Assembly: GCA_965204345.1 (NCBI GenBank)
Contig: OZ241981.1
Location: forward strand, 1,632,001 to 1,696,000
Source of the DNA: Nitrosopumilus sp.
GTDB lineage: Archaea > Thermoproteota > Nitrososphaeria > Nitrososphaerales > Nitrosopumilaceae
Direction of reading: 5' to 3'
DNA length: 64,000 bases
In this document: positions 37,600-48,257 of the stretch, piece by piece
Position numbering within the stretch: position 1 is the stretch's first letter
Layout of the letters: the number at the start of each line of letters is the position of its first letter
Notes under the pieces: generated by a model
The model's database searches: none
Told to the model about the DNA's origin: nothing
Seen by the model: only the letters and a program-made list of their open reading frames with translations
Program-made: the position numbers and the translations under genes

Positions 37600-38220
37600 A
37601 TGGGAAAACACACTCTTCCTGAAATGCCATATGCTTATGATGCATTAGAACCTCACATTGATGCTAAAACAATGGAGATTCATCACACAAAACATCATCA
37701 AACATACACTGACAAACTAAATGCAGCTCTTGAAACATGTCCATCTGAAATTCAGGATAAGGACATTGTTGATATCCTCTCTGATATCAACTCCGTACCA
37801 GATGACAAAAGGGGCGCAATTAATTTTAACGGTGGTGGTTATGACAACCATAGGTTATTCTGGAATAACATGAAACCAAATGGGGGCGGAGAACCCGGAG
37901 GATCTATTGCAGATGCAATCAATGATTCTTTTGGCAGCTTCTCTGACTTTAAAGAGAAATTCTCATCTACTACAGCTGTAATACAAGGCAGCGGTTGGGG
38001 ATGGCTGGTATACAATCCTTCTTCAGGAAAGGTTGAATACAAATCAATGCCAAACCAGACAAGTCCAAGAACCGAAGGACTAGTACCACTGCTTGGCTGT
38101 GATGTGTGGGAACACGCATACTATCTCAACTATCAAAACAAAAGACCTGCATACATTGAGGCATGGTGGAATGTTGTTAATTGGGACGAAGTAGAATCTA
38201 GATTCTCTAAAGCAAAATAA
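37600..38220 (+). CDS. sod: Fe/Mn superoxide dismutase
   Basis: HHTKHH, QGSGWGW, DVWEHAYY. Confidence 0.97.
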   Translation: MGKHTLPEMPYAYDALEPHIDAKTMEIHHTKHHQTYTDKLNAALETCPSEIQDKDIVDILSDINSVPDDKRGAINFNGGGYDNHRLFWNNMKPNGGGEPGGSIADAINDSFGSFSDFKEKFSSTTAVIQGSGWGWLVYNPSSGKVEYKSMPNQTSPRTEGLVPLLGCDVWEHAYYLNYQNKRPAYIEAWWNVVNWDEVESRFSKAK

Positions 38221-38308
38221 AGCTAAACCTTTATTTTTTTTCTTATTCTTTAGCCTATCTTCCAAATCTATGAAGAACTTATAACCATCTGGTAGGTGTT
38301 TGTTGTAC

Positions 38309-38746
38309 ATGAGTGAAGAACAAGCAGAACAACTAATGCAACAGATGCAAATGCTTGAAACGTATTTTTCTGACTTGTCCCAAAGAGAAGCAACTTTTAT
38401 GAATATCTTGAGGGAGGCAGCTGCCTCTATTGAATCCATTAAATCCCTTAGTCAAAACGCTGAATCTGAAACTCTAGTACCCATTGGCATGGGAACTTTT
38501 GTTCCAACAAAAATTTCTTCTACTTCCAAAATTGCTATGAATATTGGTGCAGGGATTGTCGTTGAAAAAGATTTTCCTGCGGCAATTAATTATCTTGAGG
38601 CAAGGATTAAAGAAATTGAAATTGCCCTACAAGATACCGTTGCAAAAAAACAGGATGCGGCAACACGGCTAGAGCAAGGAAAGACACAGATGAATCAAAT
38701 GATGCAGTCTATGCGACAACCACCACAGCCTCCGACTACGGGATAA
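38309..38746 (+). CDS. pfdA: Prefoldin alpha subunit
   Basis: LVPIG.G, NIGAGIVVEK between coiled coils; upstream of ftsY. Confidence 0.92.
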   Translation: MSEEQAEQLMQQMQMLETYFSDLSQREATFMNILREAAASIESIKSLSQNAESETLVPIGMGTFVPTKISSTSKIAMNIGAGIVVEKDFPAAINYLEARIKEIEIALQDTVAKKQDAATRLEQGKTQMNQMMQSMRQPPQPPTTG

Positions 38747-38749
38747 GTT

Positions 38750-40237
38750 ATGTTTGATAAGCTTCGTAGTGCGTTTTCTAATGCAGCAAAAAGTCTTGGA
38801 GAAAAAGAGCTTAATGAAAAAGACATAGAAGACGTTCTTTTTGAACTAGAAATTGCGCTTTTAGAATCTGATGTTGCCCTTGAGGTGATTGATTCTATAA
38901 AATCTGATCTCAAAGACAAGCTAATTGGCTCTAGAGTTGATAAAAAAGAAATTGAAAGATTTGTTAGGGATGGTTTGATTTCCAGCGTTTCTGCGTTGTT
39001 TGATGCTGCGGGAAAAATAGATCTCTTTGAGAAGATTAATGAAAGAAAAGAGCAGGGACAGCCCTTTCTTATTTTGTTTGTTGGAATTAACGGCACTGGA
39101 AAAACTACATCACTAGCTAAAATTGCGTACATGCTCAAGGAAGCAAAATATTCTGTTGTTATTGCTGCTGCTGATACTTTTAGAGCTGGTGCAATTGAAC
39201 AATTGCGAGAACACACCAATCGTCTTAATTTGAAACTTGTTGCTCAAAACTATGAATCAGACCCTGCCGCTGTTGCACGAGATGCAGTTTTGTATGCAAA
39301 ATCTCACAAAACAGATTGTGTGTTAATTGATACTGCAGGACGAATGCAGACCAGCAAAAATTTGATGGAACAAATTGGCAAAATTACCAAAGTTGTAAAT
39401 CCTGACATGAAAATTTTTGTGGGTGATTCTTTAGCAGGTAACGATACTGTTAATCAAGCTCGTGAATTTTTTGAACATGTAAAATTTAATGCTTCAATTT
39501 TAACAAAGAGTGATGCTGACGCTAGAGGCGGAGCTGCATTATCTATTGTTAAGGTTACTTCTACTCCAGTTATTTATGTTGGAGTCGGACAGGAATATTC
39601 TGATCTTAGGCCATTTGACAAGGAACTCTTTCTAGAAACTGTGTTTGGCTCATTAGATACTGTAGATATTACAAAGTCTATAGATTCTGAACCAACATCG
39701 GAACCGACACCAACACCAGAACCGACACCAGAACCAGAACCGACACCAGAACCGACACCAGAACCAGAACCGACACCAGAACCAACACCAACACCAGAAC
39801 CAACACTGGAACCAACACCAGAACCAACACTGGAACCAACACCAGAACCAACACTGGAACCAACACCAGAACCAACACTGGAACCAACACCAGAACCGAC
39901 ACTGGAACCAACACCAGAACCAGAACCGACACCGGAACCAACACCAGAACCAGAACCAACACCAGAACCAACTTCTGATGATCCTTTTGATGGAATCAAA
40001 GATGATGACATTGCAATTTATTCTGACTTGTTTGATATTCCTCCGCCTGAAAATGATAAAGATGCAATGAGTATGGCTAGTAAAATTCGTCAATGGATTA
40101 AAGATGGAAGACCTGATCCTAGAGAATCAAAGAATGTCAGTAATACAGACAATGTGGTAGATAAGGAAGAAATAAAAAAACATGATAAAGAAGAACCCAA
40201 AAAGAAAAAAGGCAGGTTCGGGTTCCTTAAACGATGA
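38750..40237 (+). CDS. ftsY: SRP receptor FtsY with Pro/Glu/Thr-repeat C-terminal extension
   Basis: [25 protein letters not shown] GTPase motifs. Confidence 0.96.
   Translation: MFDKLRSAFSNAAKSLGEKELNEKDIEDVLFELEIALLESDVALEVIDSIKSDLKDKLIGSRVDKKEIERFVRDGLISSVSALFDAAGKIDLFEKINERKEQGQPFLILFVGINGTGKTTSLAKIAYMLKEAKYSVVIAAADTFRAGAIEQLREHTNRLNLKLVAQNYESDPAAVARDAVLYAKSHKTDCVLIDTAGRMQTSKNLMEQIGKITKVVNPDMKIFVGDSLAGNDTVNQAREFFEHVKFNASILTKSDADARGGAALSIVKVTSTPVIYVGVGQEYSDLRPFDKELFLETVFGSLDTVDITKSIDSEPTSEPTPTPEPTPEPEPTPEPTPEPEPTPEPTPTPEPTLEPTPEPTLEPTPEPTLEPTPEPTLEPTPEPTLEPTPEPEPTPEPTPEPEPTPEPTSDDPFDGIKDDDIAIYSDLFDIPPPENDKDAMSMASKIRQWIKDGRPDPRESKNVSNTDNVVDKEEIKKHDKEEPKKKKGRFGFLKR
39689..39972 (+). repeat. 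Coding minisatellite encoding (EP/TP/TLEP)n in FtsY
   Basis: Arrays of CCAGAA/CCGACA/CCAACA hexamers including repeated 24-nt CCAACACTGGAACCAACACCAGAA units. Confidence 0.95.
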
Positions 40238-41148
40238 AACTAAAAACAAAAAATTTGCTCACTTTGGGAGAATTATCCTCAAAGGAATTTTTAGGACTAA
40301 TTGATGATTCCATCAAACTAAAAAAAGAACTCAAAAGGGGTGCAGGCAAACCTGTTCTAAAAAACAAAACACTGACAATGATCTTCCAGAAACCTTCTAC
40401 CCGAACACGAGTCAGTTTTGAGGTTGGAATGTATCAGTTGGGAGGACATACAGTCAATCTTTCGTCTAATGACATGCAGCTATCCCGTGGCGAATCAATA
40501 GAAGATACTGCAAAAACTCTTTCACGGTATTCTGATTGTATTATGGCGCGTGTATATGATCATGACTTACTTGAATCCTTCTCCAAGCATGCAAGCATTC
40601 CTGTGATAAATGGCCTTTCTGACACTTTTCATCCTTGCCAGATACTTGCAGATTTTATGACAATAAAAGAAAAAAAGAAAAGACTCAAGGGACTAAAGAT
40701 TGCATGGATTGGTGATGGCAACAACGTCTGCAATTCCATGATTTATGGCGCAGCCTTATCCGGAGCTGGCATGTCTGTTGCAACTCCAAGGGGATTTGAA
40801 CCCAACAAATCCGTCGTAAACCAAGCTAAAAAATCCACAAAAATAGAACTAACAACTGATCCATTCACAGCATCTAAAAACGCAGATATTGTTGTTACAG
40901 ATACGTTCTCATCAATTCACAACCTTGACAAAAAACGATTAAAAAAATTCTTGCCAAAGTACCAGGTAAATGAAAAATTAATCCAGTCTGCAAAAAAAGA
41001 TGCGATCTTTTTACACTGCCTTCCGGCAAAACGGGAACAAGAGGTTACCTCATCTGTAATTGATGGACCACAATCAGTTGTTTGGGATGAGGCAGAAAAT
41101 CGCCTACATACTCAGAAGGCTTTACTGATTGCTCTGATTTGCGCTTAA
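40234..41148 (+). CDS. argF: Ornithine carbamoyltransferase
   Basis: STRT, HPCQ, HCLP, EAENR. Confidence 0.96.
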   Translation: MKLKTKNLLTLGELSSKEFLGLIDDSIKLKKELKRGAGKPVLKNKTLTMIFQKPSTRTRVSFEVGMYQLGGHTVNLSSNDMQLSRGESIEDTAKTLSRYSDCIMARVYDHDLLESFSKHASIPVINGLSDTFHPCQILADFMTIKEKKKRLKGLKIAWIGDGNNVCNSMIYGAALSGAGMSVATPRGFEPNKSVVNQAKKSTKIELTTDPFTASKNADIVVTDTFSSIHNLDKKRLKKFLPKYQVNEKLIQSAKKDAIFLHCLPAKREQEVTSSVIDGPQSVVWDEAENRLHTQKALLIALICA

Positions 41149-41184
41149 CGTATATAAGAGCAGATTCAAACTCGGATTCTATAG

Positions 41185-41667
41185 ATGGCTTATTCGAAAA
41201 TATTGCGTAGACTAAGAGAAGAAAAGACCAATTATAGAAAACGTGGCACCATGCTGATGGGCAAGCGTGATTTTATAACTGTAAATATTACTAATGAAAA
41301 TACTCTAGTCCAAATATTAAAACCAGGCATGACTGGAGACAGGGTCGTAGCTTCTGCCCATTCTAGATCTTTACTTGACAAGGGATGGAAGGGTTCTAGA
41401 AAAAGCGTGCCTGCTGCCTATCTTACAGGCTATCTGGCTGGTAAGAAGGCATTGGGCCAAGGTACCAAGGATGCAATTTTGTACACTGGAACAAGACGAT
41501 ATACGCAAAGAATGGCAGCATCTCTGAAAGGAGTTATCGATGCAGGCCTTCAAGTTCCGGCTAATGAAGAAACATTTCCATCCGAGGATAGAATCAACGG
41601 GGAACACCTAACTGTTAAAAATGAAATTTTAAAAATAAAATCTTCCATTGACAATGAGGCCAAATAG
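41185..41667 (+). CDS. rpl18: 50S ribosomal protein L18
   Basis: KTNYRKR, PAAYLTG; spc-cluster position. Confidence 0.94.
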   Translation: MAYSKILRRLREEKTNYRKRGTMLMGKRDFITVNITNENTLVQILKPGMTGDRVVASAHSRSLLDKGWKGSRKSVPAAYLTGYLAGKKALGQGTKDAILYTGTRRYTQRMAASLKGVIDAGLQVPANEETFPSEDRINGEHLTVKNEILKIKSSIDNEAK

Positions 41668-41669
41668 AA

Positions 41670-42392
41670 ATGAGTCAAGCAACACAATCCAAAGGCAGTT
41701 CCGGTCCGCGAGGCAAATCCGCTCCTGTATATGGACGGGGTCCTCCTGAAGGAACTAAGGGCAGTGGAGACCGTCCAAAGAGACCCCGACGAGAACCTGA
41801 AGAAGAGGTTTGGATTCCAAAAACTATTCTGGGACAAAAAGTTGTATCAGGGGAAATTTCATCCCTCGAAGAGATTATTGAATTAGGATTAAGGATTCAG
41901 GAATCTGGCATTATTAAGAAGCTACTGCCAGATTTAAAAAGCGAAGTTGTAGATGTTGGCATTATTCAGAAAATGACCTCTAATGGTCAGTCAACTAGGT
42001 TTAAAGCGATTGTTGCGGCAGGAAATGAAAATGGTTACCTGGGTATCGGTCAAGGAAAATCAAAACAAATGAGAATTGCTATTGAAAAGGCAACTAGTCA
42101 GGCCTATCTTAATGTTAATCCGATTAAAATGGGATGCGGCAGCTGGGAATGCAGGTGTGATCAAAAACATTCTGTTCCATTCAAAGTCAAGGGCAAAGGC
42201 GGAAGTGTTACAATCGAAATTATTCCTGCACCTCGTGGATTGGGCCTTGTAGCAGGCGGTAAAATTAAACGGTTGTTGGAGTTGGCAGGTCTCAAAGATG
42301 CATGGACTACTGCAAAGGGCTCTACCCCTACAATGAACTCGACCTCAAAAGCTATACTGGATTGTCTAAGACAGACATTCAGTCAGAGTTGA
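41670..42392 (+). CDS. rps5: 30S ribosomal protein S5
   Basis: WIPKT.LG, GCGSWEC, PAPRGLGLV. Confidence 0.96.
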   Translation: MSQATQSKGSSGPRGKSAPVYGRGPPEGTKGSGDRPKRPRREPEEEVWIPKTILGQKVVSGEISSLEEIIELGLRIQESGIIKKLLPDLKSEVVDVGIIQKMTSNGQSTRFKAIVAAGNENGYLGIGQGKSKQMRIAIEKATSQAYLNVNPIKMGCGSWECRCDQKHSVPFKVKGKGGSVTIEIIPAPRGLGLVAGGKIKRLLELAGLKDAWTTAKGSTPTMNSTSKAILDCLRQTFSQS

Positions 42393-42398
42393 TGAAAA

Positions 42399-42866
42399 AT
42401 GGCAAATGCATATCTTGTTGTTAGAATAAAAGGTCAGGCTGATTGTCCTTACTGGGCAACCCATACCATGATGCTCTTGCAGTTGGATAAAAAATATCGT
42501 GCTACTATTCTCCCTGCCAAGGAGAATACCTTGGGAATGCTACGCAAAGTACAGCATTACGTGTCCTGGATTGAGCTTGACTCTTCTTTGGCCAAGGAAC
42601 TAATTGACAAAAAAGCAAGAAAATCCGGCTATCAAAAAATTACTCCTGACGATCTAAAGGCGCTTGGATTTGCAAGTTCTGATGAATTAGCAACAGCTTT
42701 GGCTGATGGCAAAGCAACCTTGTCAAAATTAAAACCGCTAAAACCTTGGTTTGCCTTGGCTCCTCCAATTCATGGCTTTAAACGAAGCACCAAGAAACTT
42801 TATGGACAGAAAGGCATCCTTGGGCAAAATAAGGAGCTTGATACTATTGTAAGGAGAATGATTTAA
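42399..42866 (+). CDS. rpl30: 50S ribosomal protein L30 (uL30)
   Basis: VVRIKG, GMLRKVQHYV, LAPP..GFK. Confidence 0.94.
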   Translation: MANAYLVVRIKGQADCPYWATHTMMLLQLDKKYRATILPAKENTLGMLRKVQHYVSWIELDSSLAKELIDKKARKSGYQKITPDDLKALGFASSDELATALADGKATLSKLKPLKPWFALAPPIHGFKRSTKKLYGQKGILGQNKELDTIVRRMI

Positions 42867-42867
42867 C

Positions 42868-43293
42868 ATGGCAAGCAGGTTGCGAAAAACTAGACGACTT
42901 AGAGGCGGACGACACATGGGGTGGGGACAGGTAGGTCAACATCGTGCAAGTGGTCATAAGGGCGGTCTAGGAATTACCGGTATGAAGAAACATCACAGAA
43001 GCACTATGATGAAAGAAGATCCAGACCATTATGGTCATGATATCCCTAAAACACCTCACCCAAATATTATAAAAAAATGGGCCAGTCTCCGAGATCTAGA
43101 TGACTTGTTTACAAAGTTCGGTAAAGAAGAAGAAGGAAAGAGGATTGTAGACCTTCAAAGTGCAGGATACGACAAGCTCCTTGGCGGCGGAAAAATAACT
43201 AATGCATATTCCGTCAAGGTTCAGCAATTCACAGCATCTGCAGAAGAAAAACTAAAGGCTGTCGGGGGAGAGGTGTTATCTGATAATGGTTGA
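42868..43293 (+). CDS. rpl15: 50S ribosomal protein L15
   Basis: RG.R..GWG...HR..G.KGG, KLLGGG. Confidence 0.95.
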   Translation: MASRLRKTRRLRGGRHMGWGQVGQHRASGHKGGLGITGMKKHHRSTMMKEDPDHYGHDIPKTPHPNIIKKWASLRDLDDLFTKFGKEEEGKRIVDLQSAGYDKLLGGGKITNAYSVKVQQFTASAEEKLKAVGGEVLSDNG

Positions 43294-44719
43294 GGGTACA
43301 TTAACTACCACAATTCGAAAAATCGTTTTTAAAGCAGAGCCCTACCTGCCTCAGGTACCAAAACCTAAAAAGAAAATCGCCCTTCAGACCAGATTGCTTT
43401 GGTGTGGTATTGCGCTACTCATTTACATGATAATGGGTCAGACTCCGTTATTTGGGGCCAGCGCACCGGCATTTGACTTTCTTGCGTTTGCAAGGGTTAT
43501 CTTTGCGTCTCAACAGGGCACCCTAGTCGAATTAGGGATTGGGCCGATAGTCACGGCTGGACTTTTGATGCAGCTGTTGAGGGGCTCGGATATTCTCAAA
43601 TTTGATTTTAAGAAACCTGAGGAGAGAGGAATATTTCAAACTGCCACCAAGTTAGTGACCTATGTTGTTATTGTAGCTGAGTCTATTGTATATGCCATAG
43701 CAGTTTATGGTCCTGGCATTGCAGATCCGTACGTTCTATACGTGATGATCGGCCAGCTGATGGCCGCCTCAATTATGATCATGTTCCTAGATGAGCTAAT
43801 TCAGAAGGGCTGGGGTCTGGGAAGTGGGATCAGTCTTTTCATCATGGCCGGTGTAGCCCAGCAGATTCTTTGGAGTATGTTTAGCCCGCTGCCTGCCGGT
43901 GATGGCGGCATGATTGGCATTATTCCGTATATTGCACAGTCTTTGACCGGTGATGGGGATATTGCAAATACCCTCTTCCGTTCCAATCAATTGCCGAGTA
44001 TCTTTGGACTGTGTCTTACTGCAGGAATCTTGCTAATTCTTGTATTTACACAAGGCATGAAGATTGAAATCCCAATAGTCTCTACAAAATACAGAGGCTT
44101 TTCTGCCGTTTATCCAATCAAGCTGATGTATGTTTCTAACATCCCTGTAATCCTAGCTTCTGCATTAACTGCAAATGCCGTGTTTATATTCCAAATGATG
44201 TGGGCAAATCTGAACCCGCGGAATAATGATTTCTTTATGAATTTTATAGCTCAATTTGACCCGACAAGTCCTTCTACGCCTATTGGTGGACTTATTTACT
44301 TTATCACTCCGCCTAGGGGTCTAGATATAGCAGCTCAGGATCCGATGCGGGCAGTGGGATATGTGTTATTTATGATTGGTATTGTGGTCGTATTTGGCAG
44401 ATTGTGGGTTGAGCTTGGCGGTTTATCCCCAAAGAGTGCAGCTCAGAACCTGCTTGATGCAGATGTACAAATTCCCGGATTTAGAAGATCAAACAAACCA
44501 GTTGAGGCAATGCTAAACAAGTACATTCCATCTGTTACGATTATTGGCTCTATGATATTGGGCCTTCTTGCAGGAGTATCTGATGTTCTTGGAGTCTTTG
44601 GTTCTGGAATTGGCGTTTTGCTTATGGTTGATATTCTCATTAACTACTACACACAGCTAGTCAGGGAACAGGTTGAGGTTGCTATGCCGCGTTTAGGTGC
44701 TTTGCTTGGCAGAAAATAA
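43286..44719 (+). CDS. secY: Preprotein translocase SecY
   Basis: ELGIGPIVTAG, GLGSGISLFI, YVSNIPVIL, IPGFRR. Confidence 0.97.
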   Translation: MVEGTLTTTIRKIVFKAEPYLPQVPKPKKKIALQTRLLWCGIALLIYMIMGQTPLFGASAPAFDFLAFARVIFASQQGTLVELGIGPIVTAGLLMQLLRGSDILKFDFKKPEERGIFQTATKLVTYVVIVAESIVYAIAVYGPGIADPYVLYVMIGQLMAASIMIMFLDELIQKGWGLGSGISLFIMAGVAQQILWSMFSPLPAGDGGMIGIIPYIAQSLTGDGDIANTLFRSNQLPSIFGLCLTAGILLILVFTQGMKIEIPIVSTKYRGFSAVYPIKLMYVSNIPVILASALTANAVFIFQMMWANLNPRNNDFFMNFIAQFDPTSPSTPIGGLIYFITPPRGLDIAAQDPMRAVGYVLFMIGIVVVFGRLWVELGGLSPKSAAQNLLDADVQIPGFRRSNKPVEAMLNKYIPSVTIIGSMILGLLAGVSDVLGVFGSGIGVLLMVDILINYYTQLVREQVEVAMPRLGALLGRK

Positions 44720-45284
44720 GAAAATTGTAATGATTGGTATTCCCGGGGTTGGAAAAACCACTCTGCTGTCTCAAATTGTCGAAATTCTAAAAAACCATGC
44801 AAAAAATGTCAGCATGATTAGTTATGGCACCCTGATGTTTGAGGTTGCAAAAGAAAACGGTCTTACAGACCGAGACGAGCTTCGAAAGTTACCCGTAGTG
44901 GAACAACAGCGTCTTCAGAAGGTTGCAGCAGAAAAAATCGCAGCCCATACTGAAGAAATTGTAATCATTGACACTCACGCCTTTATCAGTTCTCCTGAAG
45001 GCTACTATCCGGGATTGCCTGAGCATGTTCTGAAAATAATCCAGCCCACAAATTTTGTATCAGTATCTGCAAAACCCGAGGAAATCTACAACAGAAGGAT
45101 GAAGGATACCACCAGAAACCGAGATAAGATCACTCTGGCTAACATTAAAAAGGAATTAGATGTTCAATCAGGCATGATTTCTGCATGTTCTGTAATCACC
45201 GGTGCCCCTGTAAGGCTTGTTTTAAACGGTGAGGGAAAGGTTGATGAAGCGGCTGATAAAATCATAAGTGCAATAGGACTGTAA
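44697..45284 (+). CDS. adk: Archaeal adenylate kinase
   Basis: GIPGVGKTT, IDTH, GYYPGLP; exact start uncertain. Confidence 0.93.
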   Translation: MLCLAENKKIVMIGIPGVGKTTLLSQIVEILKNHAKNVSMISYGTLMFEVAKENGLTDRDELRKLPVVEQQRLQKVAAEKIAAHTEEIVIIDTHAFISSPEGYYPGLPEHVLKIIQPTNFVSVSAKPEEIYNRRMKDTTRNRDKITLANIKKELDVQSGMISACSVITGAPVRLVLNGEGKVDEAADKIISAIGL

Positions 45285-45287
45285 AAA

Positions 45288-45911
45288 ATGGATTTTAATT
45301 TTATTCTGCTTTTCATTGATTCTATCCCCCTACAGTTTGATCTCTTTGGAGATGAGAGACAAGCCTTGGGCAGCGATGATCCCATCGTTAAGGGATTGGT
45401 TCTTTCAATGTTTGCAGTGTCTGGGTTTGGTATTTTACTAAACATCTTTAATTCGGCGGTAAGAAAAAAGATGGTTGACCAAGTCAAACTAAAGCGTATT
45501 ATGAAAGAGACTCGCGGATGGCAAAAGGAAAGAATGTCTGCAATGAGGGCAAAGGATCAAGCCAAGATTGCAGAGCTTGGAAAAAAGTCATCCTACATGA
45601 ACAAAATGTCAATGGAGATGATGCAGATGAACATGCGTCCAATGATGATTACTTTTATTCCCCTGATTTTGATATTCTATCTTGTGCTGCCGCAATTGTT
45701 TGCTTACACTGTTGCAATATCCCCAATACCTCTAAATGTAATTCCTGGAGAGCTGTTCCAACTGACGTGTACGGCAGAACAAGCAGCAGATCCTGATCAT
45801 GTTTGCACTGAAGAAAACGCATTATACCTTTGGGCCTGGTACTTTCTTTCATCTATTGCATTTAGTGGCATAATCATGAGAATCACAAAAACCTCGATGG
45901 ATCTCAGTTGA
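45288..45911 (+). CDS. DUF106/EMC3-TMCO1 (Oxa1 superfamily) membrane protein
   Basis: MRPMMITFIP, WYFLSS; conserved position after adk. Confidence 0.88.
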   Translation: MDFNFILLFIDSIPLQFDLFGDERQALGSDDPIVKGLVLSMFAVSGFGILLNIFNSAVRKKMVDQVKLKRIMKETRGWQKERMSAMRAKDQAKIAELGKKSSYMNKMSMEMMQMNMRPMMITFIPLILIFYLVLPQLFAYTVAISPIPLNVIPGELFQLTCTAEQAADPDHVCTEENALYLWAWYFLSSIAFSGIIMRITKTSMDLS

Positions 45912-46468
45912 CAAAGTCCATCATTGTCTCTGGTCCTCCTGCAGTGGGAAAGACTACTGTTGCCAAAGGACTGGCAGAAGAATTCCAGATGCAGTACCTT
46001 AGTGGCGGGGATGTTCTCAAGGAGGTGGCAAATGAACATGGGTTTGATTCCAAAGGCGATGACTGGTGGGATACCCCGGAGGGAATGAAGTTTCTTAATC
46101 AGCGTGAGGAAAATTCCGAGTTTGATAGGCAGCTAGACGAAAAACTAATTGCCCTTTTTAATCAAGGCGGAATGGTGATAACCAGCTATACCCTGCCATG
46201 GCTAATCCGGGATGGGATAAGAATCTGGTTGGAGGGCTCGCATGAAAGCAGCACTAAAAGAATGCAGACAAGGGACAACATGAGCCCTGAAGATGCATAT
46301 GAAATCACAAAAGAACGATTTGATAAGAACAAGGACCTCTACAAAAAATTATATGATTTTGATTTTGGCGAGGACAAGTCCGTATTTGATTTAATCATAA
46401 ATACAGATAATCTGACTGCACAGCAGGTAATTGATGTTGCAAAGGAGACTGTGAGAAAACTGCTATGA
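45908..46468 (+). CDS. cmk: Cytidylate kinase, archaeal type
   Basis: SGPPAVGKTT, YLSGG, YKKLY.FD, FDLIINT. Confidence 0.88.
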   Translation: MTKSIIVSGPPAVGKTTVAKGLAEEFQMQYLSGGDVLKEVANEHGFDSKGDDWWDTPEGMKFLNQREENSEFDRQLDEKLIALFNQGGMVITSYTLPWLIRDGIRIWLEGSHESSTKRMQTRDNMSPEDAYEITKERFDKNKDLYKKLYDFDFGEDKSVFDLIINTDNLTAQQVIDVAKETVRKLL

Positions 46469-47466
46469 CACTGCAGCAGCTTGAAAATCTGCTTGAGATT
46501 GATCAGGACATTACTGATGATGCCTATGGAACATATTATGACAAAAGAACAATCGAACAGCTGTTTAATTACGGAATTATTCTCTTGGACAAGCCTCCAG
46601 GTCCTACAAGTCATGAAACCGTTGCCTGGACCAAGCGGCTACTGAAACTACCAAAAATTGGTCATAGTGGAACATTGGATCCCCAGGTGTCCGGTGTCCT
46701 GCCTTTGGGATTGGGCGAGTCAACCAAAGCATTGGGTGTTCTGCTTTATGGCCCAAAAGAATACCATGCATTGGGACGCATACATTCCCTTCCTCCTAAA
46801 GAAAAACTATACGAAACTGTAAAAATGTTTACTGGTGAGATTTTTCAAAAACCCCCACAGCGCTCTGCTGTACTAAGGCAAACTAGAACCAGGACCATTT
46901 ATGAGTTTGAAGTCATAGAGCAAAAAGAAAGACTGCTCCTGACTAGAATCCTATGTGAAGCCGGAACTTACATTCGTAAGCTTTACTATGACATAGGGGA
47001 GGTTTTGGGTCCTGGCGCAACTATGATTGAACTTAGGCGAACTAGGGTGGATCAGTTCCATGAGTCTGACGGTTTGGTAACTCTGCATGAACTTGCAGAT
47101 GCATTTGCGCTGTGGGACGAGAAAAAAGATGACAGCAAGCTGATGAAAATGATCAAGCCAGTCGAACACGCTTTAAGTGAATTAAAATCCGTGGTAATAC
47201 GTGATTCTGCTGTAGATGCAATGTGTCATGGCGCACAGCTTGCAATTCCAGGCGTTTTAAAAATTTCTCCCAGCATGAAAAAGGGTGATATTGTTGGAAT
47301 TTATACACAAAAAGGAGAAGCAGTAGCTCTTGCCGAGTCAACAATGTCTGAGCAGGAAATTCGTGATGCAACAAAGGGATATGCCTTTGAGACAAAGAGA
47401 ATCATTATGGCTCCAAACACATATCCGAAAAAATGGAGAACAAAACCGACATCTCCAAAGGATTAA
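46465..47466 (+). CDS. cbf5: H/ACA RNA-guided pseudouridine synthase Cbf5
   Basis: DKPPGPTSH, GHSGTLDP, CEAGTYIR, PUA domain. Confidence 0.96.
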   Translation: MTLQQLENLLEIDQDITDDAYGTYYDKRTIEQLFNYGIILLDKPPGPTSHETVAWTKRLLKLPKIGHSGTLDPQVSGVLPLGLGESTKALGVLLYGPKEYHALGRIHSLPPKEKLYETVKMFTGEIFQKPPQRSAVLRQTRTRTIYEFEVIEQKERLLLTRILCEAGTYIRKLYYDIGEVLGPGATMIELRRTRVDQFHESDGLVTLHELADAFALWDEKKDDSKLMKMIKPVEHALSELKSVVIRDSAVDAMCHGAQLAIPGVLKISPSMKKGDIVGIYTQKGEAVALAESTMSEQEIRDATKGYAFETKRIIMAPNTYPKKWRTKPTSPKD

Positions 47467-47939
47467 AAAATAACAAAATTATTCTAAAAGAATTGTTAGC
47501 ACAAAGCCTCGTAATTTTTATTGGAATTGGCGTAGTTGCAGGACTTGCATTTGGCGTATATTTGATTGATGTTAAAAATACCAGCCAGTTAGTTTTTGTT
47601 GATGGCTCTTCTATTTCCGTGGTTACTGAAAAATCTGATTTTAAAAAGGGTGAGACAATAAATATTCGCGTTGTAAATTCTGGAACCACCCCTATTGGTT
47701 TTTCTGACTCATCTTACGGCCTTCGAATTTCTGGCCTATCTGGAATCTTGATGTATGCTCCTGATTCTTCTGGGGTTCCTCCAATTTTGGATCCTGGGGA
47801 TGATGCTATTTTTTCATGGGATCAAATCAAAAATGACGGAGATGCGGCTCTTGAAGGCTTGTACAAAATTTCTGCCAAAGGCATGGATTCTACGGGCAAT
47901 AATGTGGAAAAATCCACCACTGTCACAATTTGGAAGTAA
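47433..47939 (+). CDS. Hypothetical membrane-anchored protein with beta-rich ectodomain
   Basis: One N-terminal TM then an Ig-like beta pattern; start probably near 47494. Confidence 0.7.
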   Translation: MENKTDISKGLKNNKIILKELLAQSLVIFIGIGVVAGLAFGVYLIDVKNTSQLVFVDGSSISVVTEKSDFKKGETINIRVVNSGTTPIGFSDSSYGLRISGLSGILMYAPDSSGVPPILDPGDDAIFSWDQIKNDGDAALEGLYKISAKGMDSTGNNVEKSTTVTIWK

Positions 47940-47999
47940 TTTTTGTTATTAACATAATTTATAATCAGATTTTCTCAAATATCGTTGTCGCAAGACTGT

Positions 48000-48100
48000 G
48001 CCGGGGTCGCCTAGCCTGGTAGGGCGCGCGCCTGGAAATAGTTAACCATAAAGCGCGTTCTCGCAAGGGAACGGGAGTTCAAATCTCCCTCCCGGCGCCA
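48000..48100 (+). tRNA. tRNA-Ser(GGA) with 14-nt intron (48038-48051) and encoded CCA
   Basis: GCCGGGG/TCCCGGC acceptor, CGCGC-CT-GGA-A[intron]A-GCGCG, long variable arm, GGGAG-TTCAAAT-CTCCC. Confidence 0.93.
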
Positions 48101-48158
48101 TTAAATTACTTTAAATTTATGCCATCGTAGGCATAAGCACTTCAAACGACACTTGAGA

Positions 48159-48257
48159 ATACATGACATAGAGTTTTCACTGTTAAATTTACATGACACA
48201 GTTTTGCCTCAAAATCTAGCTCAGATACAGGTATTAAATTTACATGACATGGTTTTG
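48159..48257. repeat. Direct repeats TTAAATTTACATGACAnnGTTTTG downstream of tRNA-Ser
   Basis: Two 24-bp copies at 48183 and 48234 plus a partial TACATGACATAGAGTTTT at ~48160. Confidence 0.75.

Noticed and set aside
39574-40093. Three minus-strand low-complexity ORFs (GSGV, WFWC, VLVL repeats)
   Set aside because: Antisense shadows of the FtsY coding repeat.
32900-41667. Ribosomal spc cluster split (L32e-L19e inverted relative to L18)
   Set aside because: Fragmented ribosomal operons are typical of Thaumarchaeota.
48159-48257. Possible mini-CRISPR array
   Set aside because: Only two full repeats, irregular third, no cas genes; kept only as direct repeats.
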